From NCBI GenBank assembly GCA_038108555.1, contig JAYNIA010000002.1:45000-108999 (forward strand): a stretch of 64,000 nt of DNA, in the 5' to 3' direction. The notes beneath the pieces are model-generated. The model did no database searches. It saw only the letters and a program-made list of their open reading frames with translations, and was not told the origin of the DNA. The translations under genes were made by a program, and so were the position numbers. Origin of the DNA: Nitrospinota bacterium. GTDB lineage: Bacteria; Nitrospinota; Nitrospinia; Nitrospinales; VA-1. Below, piece after piece: positions 47,034-57,158 of the stretch. Numbering within the stretch: position 1 is the first letter of the stretch; each line of letters starts with the position of its first letter.

Positions 47034-47284
47034 TCAGGCAACCTTTTTTAATTATGGCAAGTTTATGTAACTAATTGTTTTTTCTCAACTTAATTTATAA
47101 CAAGGGGTTGCAAGAATTGCAAGACAAAAGCCTCTCTGTTTGGGCAGGAGTGGAATATTTTGGCCCTTGATAAACTCTTAAACTTTCATCCTATTCCAAC
47201 TGAAAGGACGTATTTCACCTTGCGATTCTCTTTGGCCTTTTATAGTATAGAGGGCTTTATTAACGCACATGTCCGGGAAGGTTT

Positions 47285-49216
47285 ATGTTAAGTATAATTC
47301 GCGAGCACTCTGAATCATGGTTGATTAAAGGCATCCTGTGGTTAATCATTTTTGCCTTTATCGGCACTATATTTTATTCATGGGGAATGGGAGGTTCGAC
47401 CAGCGCCGGCGGAGGTGTCATCGCTTCTGTGAATGGCCAGAAAATTCTGCAGGGAGAATACGAAAAGACATTCAACAATCTCGTTGACTTTTACCGACAA
47501 CAATTCCGGAATCAGTTTTCCAATGACATGATCAAGAAACTGGATCTTAAAAACCAGGCTCTGGAAGCCTTGATCCAGAAAAAAATACTTCTGATTGAGG
47601 CGGAAAAACAAAATATTCGAGTTAGTGATGAAGAAGTTATCACCCGCATCAAGCAATTACCCTTATTTCAAGACAATAAAAAATTCAGTGAGGTCGCCTA
47701 CAGAAATTTTATTAAGCTGCAAAGACTGACTCCCGGAGAATTTGAAGAAGGCCAACGGGAAACCATCTTGCTGGACAAACTGGAAAAAATATTCCGCATT
47801 AATTCCAAAGCTTCAAAATCTGAAGTGTTTGAAGAGTTCAGCAAGCAAGAAGACAAAGTAAAGCTTGAGTACGTAAGATTCACCGATGACCACTTCACAT
47901 CAGATTTAAAAATTACAGACCAGGCTTTGCAAACCTATTTTGATGCCAATAAAACCCGGTTTGAAATTCCTCCTCAAATCCGTGTTCAATATATCAAAGT
48001 AGTTCCAAACACCTATGAATCTCAAATCGAACCCCGGGATGAAGATATCGAGGATTACTATCAAACCAGAATTGCCGATTTTAATGTAAAGAAAAAATAT
48101 ACAGCCAGCCATATCCTCACCCACATAAAGCCTGCTGATATTGAAGGTGATCTTTCTGATGAAGAAAAACAAAAAAAGGCTGATGAAAAAGCAAAACAAA
48201 AATCCATCGAACTTCTTGAAAGAATAAATAAAGGTGCTGATTTTGGGGAAGTCGCTAAAAAACATTCAGACGATCCCTCATCTGGAGCAAATGGAGGGAG
48301 CCTGGGGGAATTTCCAAAAGGAACAATGGTTTCCTCATTTGAAAAAGCACTCGACGAATTGAAACCGGGCGAAATCAGCCAACCTGTACTTTCACCCTTC
48401 GGCTATCACATCATCAAACTCGAAAAGGTTGAAGAACAAAGAATCAAACCTCTTGAAGAAGTAAAAGATGAGATTGTTCAAATTCTAAAGAAAACCAAGG
48501 CCCGGCAACGTGTCAAAAGAATTGTCAAGCGGGCACACAAGACAGCCCAGCAGGATGGAAATCTTCAAAAAGCAGCAGAAAGCCATGAGCTCACAATGGC
48601 GGAAACAGATTTCTTTTCCCGGGAAAACCACATGATTCCGGAAATCGGAAACCAACCGGAATTCTTTAACACCGCATTTGGTCTTGAGAAAGGCCAGATC
48701 GGCGAGCCCGTAATCACACCGGAAGTGGCTTATGTTTTAAAAGTCATTGATGAAAAACCCAAATACATTCCAGAGCTAAGCGAAGTGAAAGACCAAGTGA
48801 GAGAGGCACTGGCTACAAGTAACAACCAAAAGGCAACCAAGCAAAAGTTTGAAGAGCTAAAAGAAAAAATGGCACAGGAAAAAGACCTGGAAAAAACAAT
48901 TAAAGGATATGATCTTAGTACACGAACCACGGCATTCTTCAGCATGGCTGAATCCATTCCCGGCATCGGCAACATTGAGGAAATCAAAGAAAAAGCTTTC
49001 AGCATGAAAACAGGAGATTTCAGTTCTGCAAAAGTTCGCAACCGCTTTTATCTATACAAATTGTCTGACATCGAAAAAGCGGGCGCACCTGACAGCGAGC
49101 AGGTTCAACAAATTTCTAAAAAGATTAAAATAGACAAAAGCCGACAAGCATTTCAGGAGTGGGTAAACAATCTGAAGGAAGGCGCAGATATTCTGGTAGA
49201 CAAAACCCTGCTATAA
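47285..49216 (+). CDS. PpiD/SurA-like periplasmic chaperone with parvulin PPIase domain
   Basis: N-terminal anchor, SurA_N-like region, parvulin core (ASHIL...GGSLGEFPKGTMVSSFEKA...SPFGYHIIKLE). Confidence 0.85.
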   Translation: MLSIIREHSESWLIKGILWLIIFAFIGTIFYSWGMGGSTSAGGGVIASVNGQKILQGEYEKTFNNLVDFYRQQFRNQFSNDMIKKLDLKNQALEALIQKKILLIEAEKQNIRVSDEEVITRIKQLPLFQDNKKFSEVAYRNFIKLQRLTPGEFEEGQRETILLDKLEKIFRINSKASKSEVFEEFSKQEDKVKLEYVRFTDDHFTSDLKITDQALQTYFDANKTRFEIPPQIRVQYIKVVPNTYESQIEPRDEDIEDYYQTRIADFNVKKKYTASHILTHIKPADIEGDLSDEEKQKKADEKAKQKSIELLERINKGADFGEVAKKHSDDPSSGANGGSLGEFPKGTMVSSFEKALDELKPGEISQPVLSPFGYHIIKLEKVEEQRIKPLEEVKDEIVQILKKTKARQRVKRIVKRAHKTAQQDGNLQKAAESHELTMAETDFFSRENHMIPEIGNQPEFFNTAFGLEKGQIGEPVITPEVAYVLKVIDEKPKYIPELSEVKDQVREALATSNNQKATKQKFEELKEKMAQEKDLEKTIKGYDLSTRTTAFFSMAESIPGIGNIEEIKEKAFSMKTGDFSSAKVRNRFYLYKLSDIEKAGAPDSEQVQQISKKIKIDKSRQAFQEWVNNLKEGADILVDKTLL

Positions 49217-49221
49217 GCCGG

Positions 49222-50586
49222 TCAACCCTTCTCTTTTTTATATAACTTATGGATGGCCAAAACTTTTTTCACTAAAGAGTCCATATCCTCAGCAATCACC
49301 CGGATCATTTCTTCTTTCCGGATCCCGCCTAAATCATAAATAATATCAGGAACTGAACCAAAAGCTGTTATTGCCTTTTCCGTTCCCCACTCCAGGGAAG
49401 ACCCTTCACGCGTACGAACTTTTTTCGGTTCTTTAGCACGATCAAACGAAGCGATTTTATATTTTAACTTTTTACAAATTTTCAATAAAGAATCGGTGTA
49501 TTTGATATTCATTACGGCCCGCATATTCGGGTCATGCTGCATGACCGTTAAAACAATATTTGCAACATGGCGTGATCCTCCGAACTGAGGCCTCGCACCT
49601 GTAAAAATATCTTCTCCGTTTTTTATAACTCGTCCGGGTATGGCAAGAACATCCTCATGCCTCCTGGCATTGGTTACCCCCAACCCAATATTCGTTTGGA
49701 CCTCTGGAACCAAATTTCCAATCCGTTCTTTTTTAAAAGTTTCAAGAGCCTCATCCAGGTCACTTAATAACTTTGCCTTTTCCAACTCGCTATTCACCGA
49801 TGCGAAAGGTTCCACACTGTCAATTCCATTTCCCGAAGAAACACTTCCCAGGATAGCCACACCAATATATTCTTTGGCTTTTTTCACCGCCTCTGGCATA
49901 TCCAACCCCTGGGCCAGATTGGCGGCTATTGCTGCAGAAAAAACACAGCCAGTGCCATGGATATCCATTTTTGAAAAACGTTCCGATGAGAAAATCTTAA
50001 ACCCACTGCCATCTAAAAATAAATCTTCAGCATCTCCACCTAAATGGCCCCCGGTTATCAATACCGATCCTGCTCCGGAATTTAAAATTATCCTTGCTGC
50101 TTTTTTTCTATCGGCCTGATTTTTGATTTTTATACCTGATAGCAGCTCGGCCTCCTTGATATTAGGAGTGACGACAGAAGCAAGGGGGATCAAAGATTTT
50201 ATTAATGCCTCCACACCCTTTTTCGTCAACAAACGTTTTCCCGATGTCGAGGTAACCACAGGATCAACTACCAGATTTTTCAGTCGGCCTTTCTTGACCA
50301 TTTTCGAAATAAGAAAAACCGTTTCTTCATTGCCCAACATCCCTGTTTTAACGGCCTGGCATTTTCTGTCCTCCAAAATCGTCTCGAATTGCTCCTTGAT
50401 GACCTGGGCGGGCAAATCAAAAGTGGATTTAACACCCAATGTATTCTGAGAGGTTATGGAGGTAATGATGGTTTTTCCGAAAACCCCAAGGGCCGAAAAT
50501 GTTTTTAGATCTGCCTGGATACCCGCGCCTCCTCCCGAGTCGGAACCGGCAATAGTTAAAACGGTATTGATAGTTTTTGAAGACAT
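49222..50586 (-). CDS. thiD: Fusion of hydroxymethylpyrimidine/phosphomethylpyrimidine kinase (ThiD) with a ThiN-type thiamine-phosphate synthase domain
   Basis: N-terminal half: [20 protein letters not shown]...HGTGC (ThiD). C-terminal 190 aa or so: VPEVQTNIG...AIPGRV...[11 protein letters not shown]...MNIKY, resembling ThiN as found in archaeal ThiDN. Confidence 0.82.
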   Translation of the reverse strand: MSSKTINTVLTIAGSDSGGGAGIQADLKTFSALGVFGKTIITSITSQNTLGVKSTFDLPAQVIKEQFETILEDRKCQAVKTGMLGNEETVFLISKMVKKGRLKNLVVDPVVTSTSGKRLLTKKGVEALIKSLIPLASVVTPNIKEAELLSGIKIKNQADRKKAARIILNSGAGSVLITGGHLGGDAEDLFLDGSGFKIFSSERFSKMDIHGTGCVFSAAIAANLAQGLDMPEAVKKAKEYIGVAILGSVSSGNGIDSVEPFASVNSELEKAKLLSDLDEALETFKKERIGNLVPEVQTNIGLGVTNARRHEDVLAIPGRVIKNGEDIFTGARPQFGGSRHVANIVLTVMQHDPNMRAVMNIKYTDSLLKICKKLKYKIASFDRAKEPKKVRTREGSSLEWGTEKAITAFGSVPDIIYDLGGIRKEEMIRVIAEDMDSLVKKVLAIHKLYKKEKG

Positions 50587-50675
50587 AGATAGACCTTAAA
50601 TTTCAAAAAGTGATAAATCAGGAAGGGGTAATTTAGCAGACGGTCAGGAGAGCTGGCAATAGAATATTGCCCTTT

Positions 50676-52496
50676 TTAACCTACGGTAACTGATTTTGCC
50701 AGCGAACGTGGCTTATCGACATTCCTCTTGAGAGAAGTGGCAGTAAAATAAGCAAACAACTGACCAATGACGAGTTGAATCAATGGAGCAATCAACGGGG
50801 GGACATTGGGAAGAATCAGTTCCTCATTAAACAGATCCTGGTTTTTACCCTGCTCCGTAAAATGAATTCCCAGGACAAATCCGGACCGCGCGCGAATTTC
50901 TTCAATGCTATGCAGGGTCGATTGGTATAATTCCTTATTCTCTTTGGGAGGAACAAATACGATTGAGGAAATCTCATCATCAATCATTGCAAGTGTGCCG
51001 TGCTTGAGAAACCCACCTGGCATTCCCTCTGCATGCACATAAGCCACCTCTTTCATCTTTAACGCAGCTTCCAGGGCGATGGGATAATATATTCCCCGCC
51101 CCAAATACAACCAGTTTTTGTTTTTACAATATTTGTTTGCAATGCGGTGAATGAAACCCGATCTCTCGTTCAAAATTCCTTGAATAATTGCAGGCAGATC
51201 CTTTAAGGATTTTAAATTTTCCTGATAGGTTTTTTTGGTAATGACCTTTCTCTTCAAACCAAGTTTCATTGCCAGAAGGGTAAGGATCACCATTTGAGAC
51301 AATGCGGCTTTGGTGCTGATAACACAGATTTCCGGACCGGATCCTTGCAGAATAACTTTATCGACCATTCTTGCCATTGACGATCCCATCACATTCACAA
51401 TGGCAGCCGTTTTACCACCTTTAGCTTGCGTGTGTTTTAAAGCGGAAAGGGTGTCAAAAGTTTCCCCCGACTGTGACATCGCAAACACCAGCGTTTTTTT
51501 ATCTATATTTGCCAGCGACAAAAACTCATCCGAACTGATCGGGGGAATAAACTTCCCGGCCAATTCGGAAAAAATATATTGCGCATACTTTGCAACGTAA
51601 AAAGTGGTACCCACACCCAAAAAGTAGGACGAGTCTGTCTTCGCAAACATATCTACAACTTCATCCAAACCGGATGGTTCCAAATCAAGAGCATTGGATA
51701 TGGTTTGCGGCTGCTCATATATTTCCTTGAGCATATAGTGGGGGTAACCGCCCTTTTTAGAGGTCTCACTGTCCCATTCAATCTTTGTGATGGGTTTGGT
51801 AACTTCCTCTTCGTTCAATATACTTTTTACAACATAGGAATCGCGGGAAAGGATGGCATACTCGCCATCATCAAGGATGACGGCGTTTTTTGTGTGATCT
51901 ATGAATGCATTGAAGTCAGAACCGACGAATTTAATTTCATCGCCCAGCCCCAGCATTAACGGCGACTCACGTTTGGCGCAAAAAATCTGACCCGGCAGAT
52001 AAGTACAAATAAAAGCCAGTGCAAACGTCCCTTCAATCAGACCGAGGGTTTTAACCAGTGCCTTTTCAGGATTCCGGCTTCTCTTAAAAAATTTCTCTAA
52101 CAGGTGGGCAATCACCTCGGTATCTGTTTCAGAGGAGAATTTATACCCCTCCTTCATAAGTGAATCTCTTAAAGGCCGGTAGTTTGAAATGATCCCGTTA
52201 TGGACCACCGCAAAATTCCCATCACGGGAAGTGAAGGGATGCGTGTTGCCCTGAGTGACTTTTCCATGCGTTGCCCAGCGGGTATGGGCTATTCCAATAT
52301 TGCTCTTTTGACGAAGAACATTATGCTTCCGATAAAAATCTTCAACCCCCCCAATATCTTTTTTAATGATAAGGTTGGATTTATTCATCAGAGCCACCCC
52401 GCAGGAATCGTACCCACGGTATTCGAGATTTCTGATTCCCTCAAAAAGGAGTTCAGAAATATTTTTCAGCCCGACAACACCACTAATTCCACACAT
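50676..52496 (-). CDS. glmS: Glutamine--fructose-6-phosphate aminotransferase
   Basis: MCGISGVVG (Ntn Cys), HTRWATHG, two SIS domains, C-terminal LAKSVTVG-type tail. Confidence 0.97.
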   Translation of the reverse strand: MCGISGVVGLKNISELLFEGIRNLEYRGYDSCGVALMNKSNLIIKKDIGGVEDFYRKHNVLRQKSNIGIAHTRWATHGKVTQGNTHPFTSRDGNFAVVHNGIISNYRPLRDSLMKEGYKFSSETDTEVIAHLLEKFFKRSRNPEKALVKTLGLIEGTFALAFICTYLPGQIFCAKRESPLMLGLGDEIKFVGSDFNAFIDHTKNAVILDDGEYAILSRDSYVVKSILNEEEVTKPITKIEWDSETSKKGGYPHYMLKEIYEQPQTISNALDLEPSGLDEVVDMFAKTDSSYFLGVGTTFYVAKYAQYIFSELAGKFIPPISSDEFLSLANIDKKTLVFAMSQSGETFDTLSALKHTQAKGGKTAAIVNVMGSSMARMVDKVILQGSGPEICVISTKAALSQMVILTLLAMKLGLKRKVITKKTYQENLKSLKDLPAIIQGILNERSGFIHRIANKYCKNKNWLYLGRGIYYPIALEAALKMKEVAYVHAEGMPGGFLKHGTLAMIDDEISSIVFVPPKENKELYQSTLHSIEEIRARSGFVLGIHFTEQGKNQDLFNEELILPNVPPLIAPLIQLVIGQLFAYFTATSLKRNVDKPRSLAKSVTVG

Positions 52497-52505
52497 ATTT
52501 TCTCT

Positions 52506-53714
52506 TTATTTATGAGTCACAGAATAACAGGCAGGGATTATTTTCCCCGAATGCACGACCGTACCCGGTTGAATCATATTTCCAGCACCGACCACCACTT
52601 CATCTCCAAGAAACGCTCCCAATTTGGACATCCCCGAAGAAGTGGTAGGGCCTTTTCCATTTCTAACCGATATCGGTTTCCAATCCACCGAGCGATTCAC
52701 CGTCATACAACCTGAACCGATATCTACATTTTCACCCAAAACGCTATCGCCGATAAAAGAAAGTCGGCCGATCTGGGTATTATCCATAACCACGCAGTTT
52801 TTTAATTCCACGCCACTACCCACCTCACAATTTTTTCCGAGGGAAGTATAACTTCTAATCAAAGAGTTGTTTCCGATATAGCTGCCCCGCCCAATGGAAC
52901 AAGGGCCTTCAATAACTGCACCGGCTTTGATCAAAACTTCATCTTCAATTTTAACAATTCCCTGCAAAGTCACATTGGATTCCAGGGTGGCGGTTTTGGC
53001 AATGGAAGACTGTTCCCACGAATCCATTATCATTTTATTTGCTGTTAGGATTTCCCAGGGATGAACCACATCCAGCCACTCATCTTCCCACATTGATGCA
53101 CGCATCCCCTCCCCGGCCACCAATTTCTTTAAGGCCTTCTCCATGGATGCTCCCGTCGATTCCAACAACTCAAAAAAGGAAGCGGGTAAAATAAAAACCC
53201 CGGCCAAAACATAGTTTCCGAGGTTGTTACTCTTCGGTTTTTCAATGATTTTCGTGATGTCCATCTGCGCATTGAGAAAAACGTTCCCAAACTGCTGATT
53301 GGAAGGAGGCAAGCAGATGGATGCTACCGGAGATTTAAATGCGTGAAAGGACTGCTGAATTTTACTGAATATATTGTCTGCAGTTAAAATATCTCCATAG
53401 AGAAGGAGAAAATATTCCCCAGGAGAAATTTTATTCTTTACCTGCATTACGGCATTACCGATGCCGCGACTTTGTTTTTGTTCTACATAATGGATATTTA
53501 ATCCATCATGATCATGTTCCTGGAGAGCCTCGATTATTTTTTCTCTTTTATGACCCACGACAACAAAAATGTCATTGATACCGGAACTTTTTAATAGGTC
53601 CAGAGAATTATCCAAAATGGTTCGGCCTGCAACACCGATCATGGGTTGCGGTCGTGTGTCTGAAAATGGACTGAGATGTGCTCCCTTACCTGCAGCTAAG
53701 ATAATAGCTTTCAT
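52506..53714 (-). CDS. Archaeal-type sugar-1-phosphate nucleotidyltransferase-fold protein fused to a left-handed beta-helix acyltransferase domain
   Basis: MKAIILAAGKGAHLSPFSDTRPQPMIGV, where the canonical GxGxR and PKP residues read H and Q. The C-terminal half has hexapeptide repeats (IGRGSYIGNNSLI...VGSGVELKNCVV...IGSGCM). Confidence 0.78.
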   Translation of the reverse strand: MKAIILAAGKGAHLSPFSDTRPQPMIGVAGRTILDNSLDLLKSSGINDIFVVVGHKREKIIEALQEHDHDGLNIHYVEQKQSRGIGNAVMQVKNKISPGEYFLLLYGDILTADNIFSKIQQSFHAFKSPVASICLPPSNQQFGNVFLNAQMDITKIIEKPKSNNLGNYVLAGVFILPASFFELLESTGASMEKALKKLVAGEGMRASMWEDEWLDVVHPWEILTANKMIMDSWEQSSIAKTATLESNVTLQGIVKIEDEVLIKAGAVIEGPCSIGRGSYIGNNSLIRSYTSLGKNCEVGSGVELKNCVVMDNTQIGRLSFIGDSVLGENVDIGSGCMTVNRSVDWKPISVRNGKGPTTSSGMSKLGAFLGDEVVVGAGNMIQPGTVVHSGKIIPACYSVTHK

Positions 53715-53742
53715 TTAGATAAATCCGGTTGGAAAGAATGCT

Positions 53743-54498
53743 CTAGTTTGAGGGCGAGTTTCTGTTGTTTAGAAGTTGCTCTGCCCGGTTTAAATCGTCT
53801 GGCGTATTGATCCCTAAAATCTCATCCCTATCCATAGTTTGAACGGATGAGACGGGATACCCAGATTTAACTGAGTATTCTATTGTATCGGTCAAATAAT
53901 ACTCTTTCTGAACATTATCATCACCGACAGAAGATAAGGCTTGAAAAAACAAGCCCTTATCAAAACAATATACTCCGGAATTGAATTCGTCAACATTTTT
54001 CTCTTTTTCGGTGGCGTCTTTAAACTCCACAATTTTCAAAAAAGAGCCATCCGTATGACGAATTATCCGACCAAAATCGAATTTTCCGGGACTTTTCAGA
54101 GTCAAAACCGTACATTTTGCCTGGGTTTCCTCATGCTCTCTCAACAGCCGTTCAAGCGTCTCAGGCTTAATTAAAGGCATGTCTCCGCACAGCACAAGAA
54201 TACGGCCTTCGAAATTTGTCAACGCCTGTTCGGCCTGTCCTGCTGCGTGCGCGGTACCCAATTGCTCTTTCTGAAGAACGAATTCAAGGTTTCGATCGGA
54301 AAATAATTCCTGGACTCGGTCGGCCTGATGCCCCACGACTACCACAATCCGCTCAGGGTTCAGGCTTTCAGCGGTTTCAAGTACAAATTCGAGTGTGGGC
54401 TTTCCGGCTACCGGTATGAGGACTTTTGCGAGAGAGTTGTTCATGCGGGAACCTTTTCCCGCAGCGAGGATGATGACCGCTAGGTCTTGCTTTTGCAT
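53743..54498 (-). CDS. glmU: GlmU-like UDP-GlcNAc pyrophosphorylase domain only (no acetyltransferase domain)
   Basis: AVIILAAGKGSRMNNSLAKVL, EQLGTAHA, LCGDMPLI, EYYLTD align along E. coli GlmU residues 1 to about 230. The ORF ends where the beta-helix would begin. Confidence 0.8.
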   Translation of the reverse strand: MQKQDLAVIILAAGKGSRMNNSLAKVLIPVAGKPTLEFVLETAESLNPERIVVVVGHQADRVQELFSDRNLEFVLQKEQLGTAHAAGQAEQALTNFEGRILVLCGDMPLIKPETLERLLREHEETQAKCTVLTLKSPGKFDFGRIIRHTDGSFLKIVEFKDATEKEKNVDEFNSGVYCFDKGLFFQALSSVGDDNVQKEYYLTDTIEYSVKSGYPVSSVQTMDRDEILGINTPDDLNRAEQLLNNRNSPSN

Positions 54499-54761
54499 TT
54501 AATTTCGTATTCCGCGATCTTCTTTCTTAAAGTGTTTCGATTGATCCCCAAAATATTTGCCGCCTGGGTCTGGTTGCCATTGGTTTCTTTCAAAACAATC
54601 TCAACCAACGGTTTTTCAATGCCTCCCATAATTAATTCGTGGAGGTGTCCGTTGTTTTTTTCATCCATAGCACTGACGTATTGCTTAATAGATTTGTCGA
54701 GCCATTTTTCGAGAAAGGTATGTACTTTTTTTTGAGTGTTTTGCATTTTTGGAGAATTCAT
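54480..54761 (-). CDS. Fis-family DNA-binding protein
   Basis: 93 aa. C-terminal HTH GNQTQAANILGINRNTLRKKI. Confidence 0.75.
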   Translation of the reverse strand: MNSPKMQNTQKKVHTFLEKWLDKSIKQYVSAMDEKNNGHLHELIMGGIEKPLVEIVLKETNGNQTQAANILGINRNTLRKKIAEYEIKCKSKT

Positions 54762-54977
54762 TTATAACCCGGAAATAAAACGCGGCGTCCTCCCCAGGGC
54801 TTGGCGTGGCTTGATTGCGGGATATTAGCAAACTCCTCAAATACGGTCAAGCGAGGACTTGTTTCTCTTTTAAAGTCACATAATTACAGGTTGCACATTT
54901 TCCATGCTCTGGTCTAAGATAAAAGTAAATTTTTGTTTCATTAGTTTTATCAAAACCCTTTTCAACAAAACCACTGT

Positions 54978-56288
54978 ATGAAAGTCGCTTGTATAACATT
55001 GGGGTGCCGAACCAACCAGCACGATACCGCCGAAATGCAAACCCTTTTGGAAAAAGAAGGATTCGAAATGGTAGGCCAGCAGGAAAAGGCGGATGCCTAC
55101 GTTATTAACACCTGCACCGTGACCCAGAAAAGTGACACCAGTTCGCGACAGGCCGTTAAAAAATCTCTTGCCTTAAACCCCGATGCCCTTGTTGTCTTCA
55201 CAGGGTGTTATGCACAGTTAAATCCCGAAGAAGCCGCTGAATTACCCGGGCTTGATGTGGTCCTGGGCAACGCGGACAAGCTGGAAATTGCCAATCTCCT
55301 CAAACGAAAACTGCAGGACTGGAAAAAATCAGATTCCACCGAAATTGTCATGTCCGACATCCATAAAAAAAGGATTTTTAGAACCATACCGGTAAAAAAT
55401 TTTCAGGGCATGACCAAGGCTTTCATAAAAGTGCAAACCGGTTGCGATGAGAAATGCTCCTTCTGTACCGTGGTGAGGGCTCGCGGTAAATCGGTCAGTG
55501 ACAGCCGGGAAAACATTATCAACAATGTTCAGGAAGCCATCGATTCTGGTTTTAAAGAAATCACATTGACCGGAATAAACCTGGGTACTTGGGGGATGGA
55601 TACGGGCGAAACCTTCTCTTCCCTGGTTCACGATATCATTCAACTGCCTGGGGATTTCAGGGTGAGATTGAGTTCCATCAATCCTATGGAAATCGAAAAT
55701 GACCTGATTCGATTGATCGCGGAATCAGAAAAAATCTGTTCCCACCTTCACATTCCCCTGCAAAGTGGGGACAATGAAATTCTGAAACGGATGCGGAGAA
55801 ACTATACCCGCGAACAATATATCGATGTTGTCCACCGAGCTATGAATGCCATTCCCAATCTGGGATTGGGTGCTGATGTCATCGTGGGGTTTCCAGGAGA
55901 AACCGAAGAAGCGTTCGAAAATACTAAAAACATTATCGAAGAACTCCCCTTCACCTATCTTCATGCCTTCCCTTATTCCCCCAGACGAGGGACCGAAGCC
56001 CATCAATATAAGGATAATGTTCCCGGGAACATTAAAAAGGATCGCAGTAAAATTTTGAGTCAATTGGTGGAAGCCAAAGGAATGGAATTTAGAAATAAAG
56101 CCCTGAATACAACGACAACGGTTCTCATAGAAAATCAGCGTGACAAAAAAAGTGGAATGCTTAAAGGGCATACAGACAATTATATCCCTATCAGCCTGGA
56201 CGGACCGGATATTCTTAAAAACCGTCTTATTCCAATCACCCTGCAAAAAGTTTCAGGAAATCACGTTGAAGGATGCGTCCTCTCATAA
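54978..56288 (+). CDS. mtaB: tRNA t6A37 methylthiotransferase MtaB (radical SAM MTTase)
   Basis: MKVACITLGCRTNQHDTAEM (MtaB-type N-terminus), CDEKCSFC radical-SAM cluster, C-terminal TRAM-like end. Confidence 0.82.
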   Translation: MKVACITLGCRTNQHDTAEMQTLLEKEGFEMVGQQEKADAYVINTCTVTQKSDTSSRQAVKKSLALNPDALVVFTGCYAQLNPEEAAELPGLDVVLGNADKLEIANLLKRKLQDWKKSDSTEIVMSDIHKKRIFRTIPVKNFQGMTKAFIKVQTGCDEKCSFCTVVRARGKSVSDSRENIINNVQEAIDSGFKEITLTGINLGTWGMDTGETFSSLVHDIIQLPGDFRVRLSSINPMEIENDLIRLIAESEKICSHLHIPLQSGDNEILKRMRRNYTREQYIDVVHRAMNAIPNLGLGADVIVGFPGETEEAFENTKNIIEELPFTYLHAFPYSPRRGTEAHQYKDNVPGNIKKDRSKILSQLVEAKGMEFRNKALNTTTTVLIENQRDKKSGMLKGHTDNYIPISLDGPDILKNRLIPITLQKVSGNHVEGCVLS

Positions 56289-57151
56289 CACTCATCACCG
56301 ACTTCGGCCTGGATGACCCCTTTGTGGGTATCATGAAAGGTGTCATTTTAAACATTGAACCCAACGCCCAAATCGTTGACATCACCCACAACATAGAACC
56401 GCAAAATATAAATCAAGCGGCCCGGGTTTTAAATGCCACCTTTCCCTGGTATCCCAGGAAAACCATACATATTGTTGTTGTCGATCCGGGGGTGGGAGGC
56501 CTCGAAATTAAAAAGCCAAAAGAAACCAAAAACAAGCCTGTAAAATTAAAAAGTAACAAGCTCTCTTTAATCTCAGAAGGCCGGGGACCGGTGGGGAAAA
56601 AACCCGTGGTAGTACAATCCCAATTCCAAACTTTTATTGGACCGGACAATGGCGTACTCACTGCGGCCCTAGATCAAAAATCCAGAGCCTATAAAATCAA
56701 CAATCCAAAATATTTTTTGAAAAAAGTTTCCAATACATTTCATGGGCGAGACATCTTTGCACCCGTTGCAGCGTGGATAGCCTCAGGGGTTCCCGCATCT
56801 AAAATGGGACCTCGTCTTCTCAAGCCCACTCGACTGGATTTACCGGAGGCCCTCCAGAAAAACAAACAGATTGAAGGTGAAATCATTTACATCGACCATT
56901 TTGGAAATGCCACCACCAACATACCGGCAGATTTAATCGATGAAACTTTTGCATCATCCGATAAAATAGAAATTAGTATCGGTAAGAAAAAATTAAACGG
57001 AATCGTCACGGGTTATTATCAGGTCAACCTCAGGCAGCCTGGAGCCATATTGAACAGCTGGGACCAGCTTGAAATTTTCTGCCGCGAATCAAGCGCCGAA
57101 AAAATACTGAAACTAAAAACCGGACAGAGCGTCACCCTCAAGGAAAAGTAA
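56273..57151 (+). CDS. SAM hydrolase / SAM-dependent halogenase family protein (DUF62)
   Basis: ITLITDFGLDDPFVGIMKGVI, VVDPGVG, PDNGVL, FHGRDIFAP, IDHFGN. Contains a Lys-rich insertion between GVG and PDNG. Confidence 0.8.
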   Translation: MRPLITLITDFGLDDPFVGIMKGVILNIEPNAQIVDITHNIEPQNINQAARVLNATFPWYPRKTIHIVVVDPGVGGLEIKKPKETKNKPVKLKSNKLSLISEGRGPVGKKPVVVQSQFQTFIGPDNGVLTAALDQKSRAYKINNPKYFLKKVSNTFHGRDIFAPVAAWIASGVPASKMGPRLLKPTRLDLPEALQKNKQIEGEIIYIDHFGNATTNIPADLIDETFASSDKIEISIGKKKLNGIVTGYYQVNLRQPGAILNSWDQLEIFCRESSAEKILKLKTGQSVTLKEK

Positions 57152-57158
57152 ATTCTTA

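Noticed and set aside
50587-50675. TPP riboswitch upstream of thiD, and glmS ribozyme upstream of glmS
   Set aside because: The 89-nt thiD leader lacks the CUGAGA / ACCUGAUCUGGAUAAUGCCAGCG-type TPP core. glmS starts only 9 nt after the upstream gene, leaving no room for a ribozyme.
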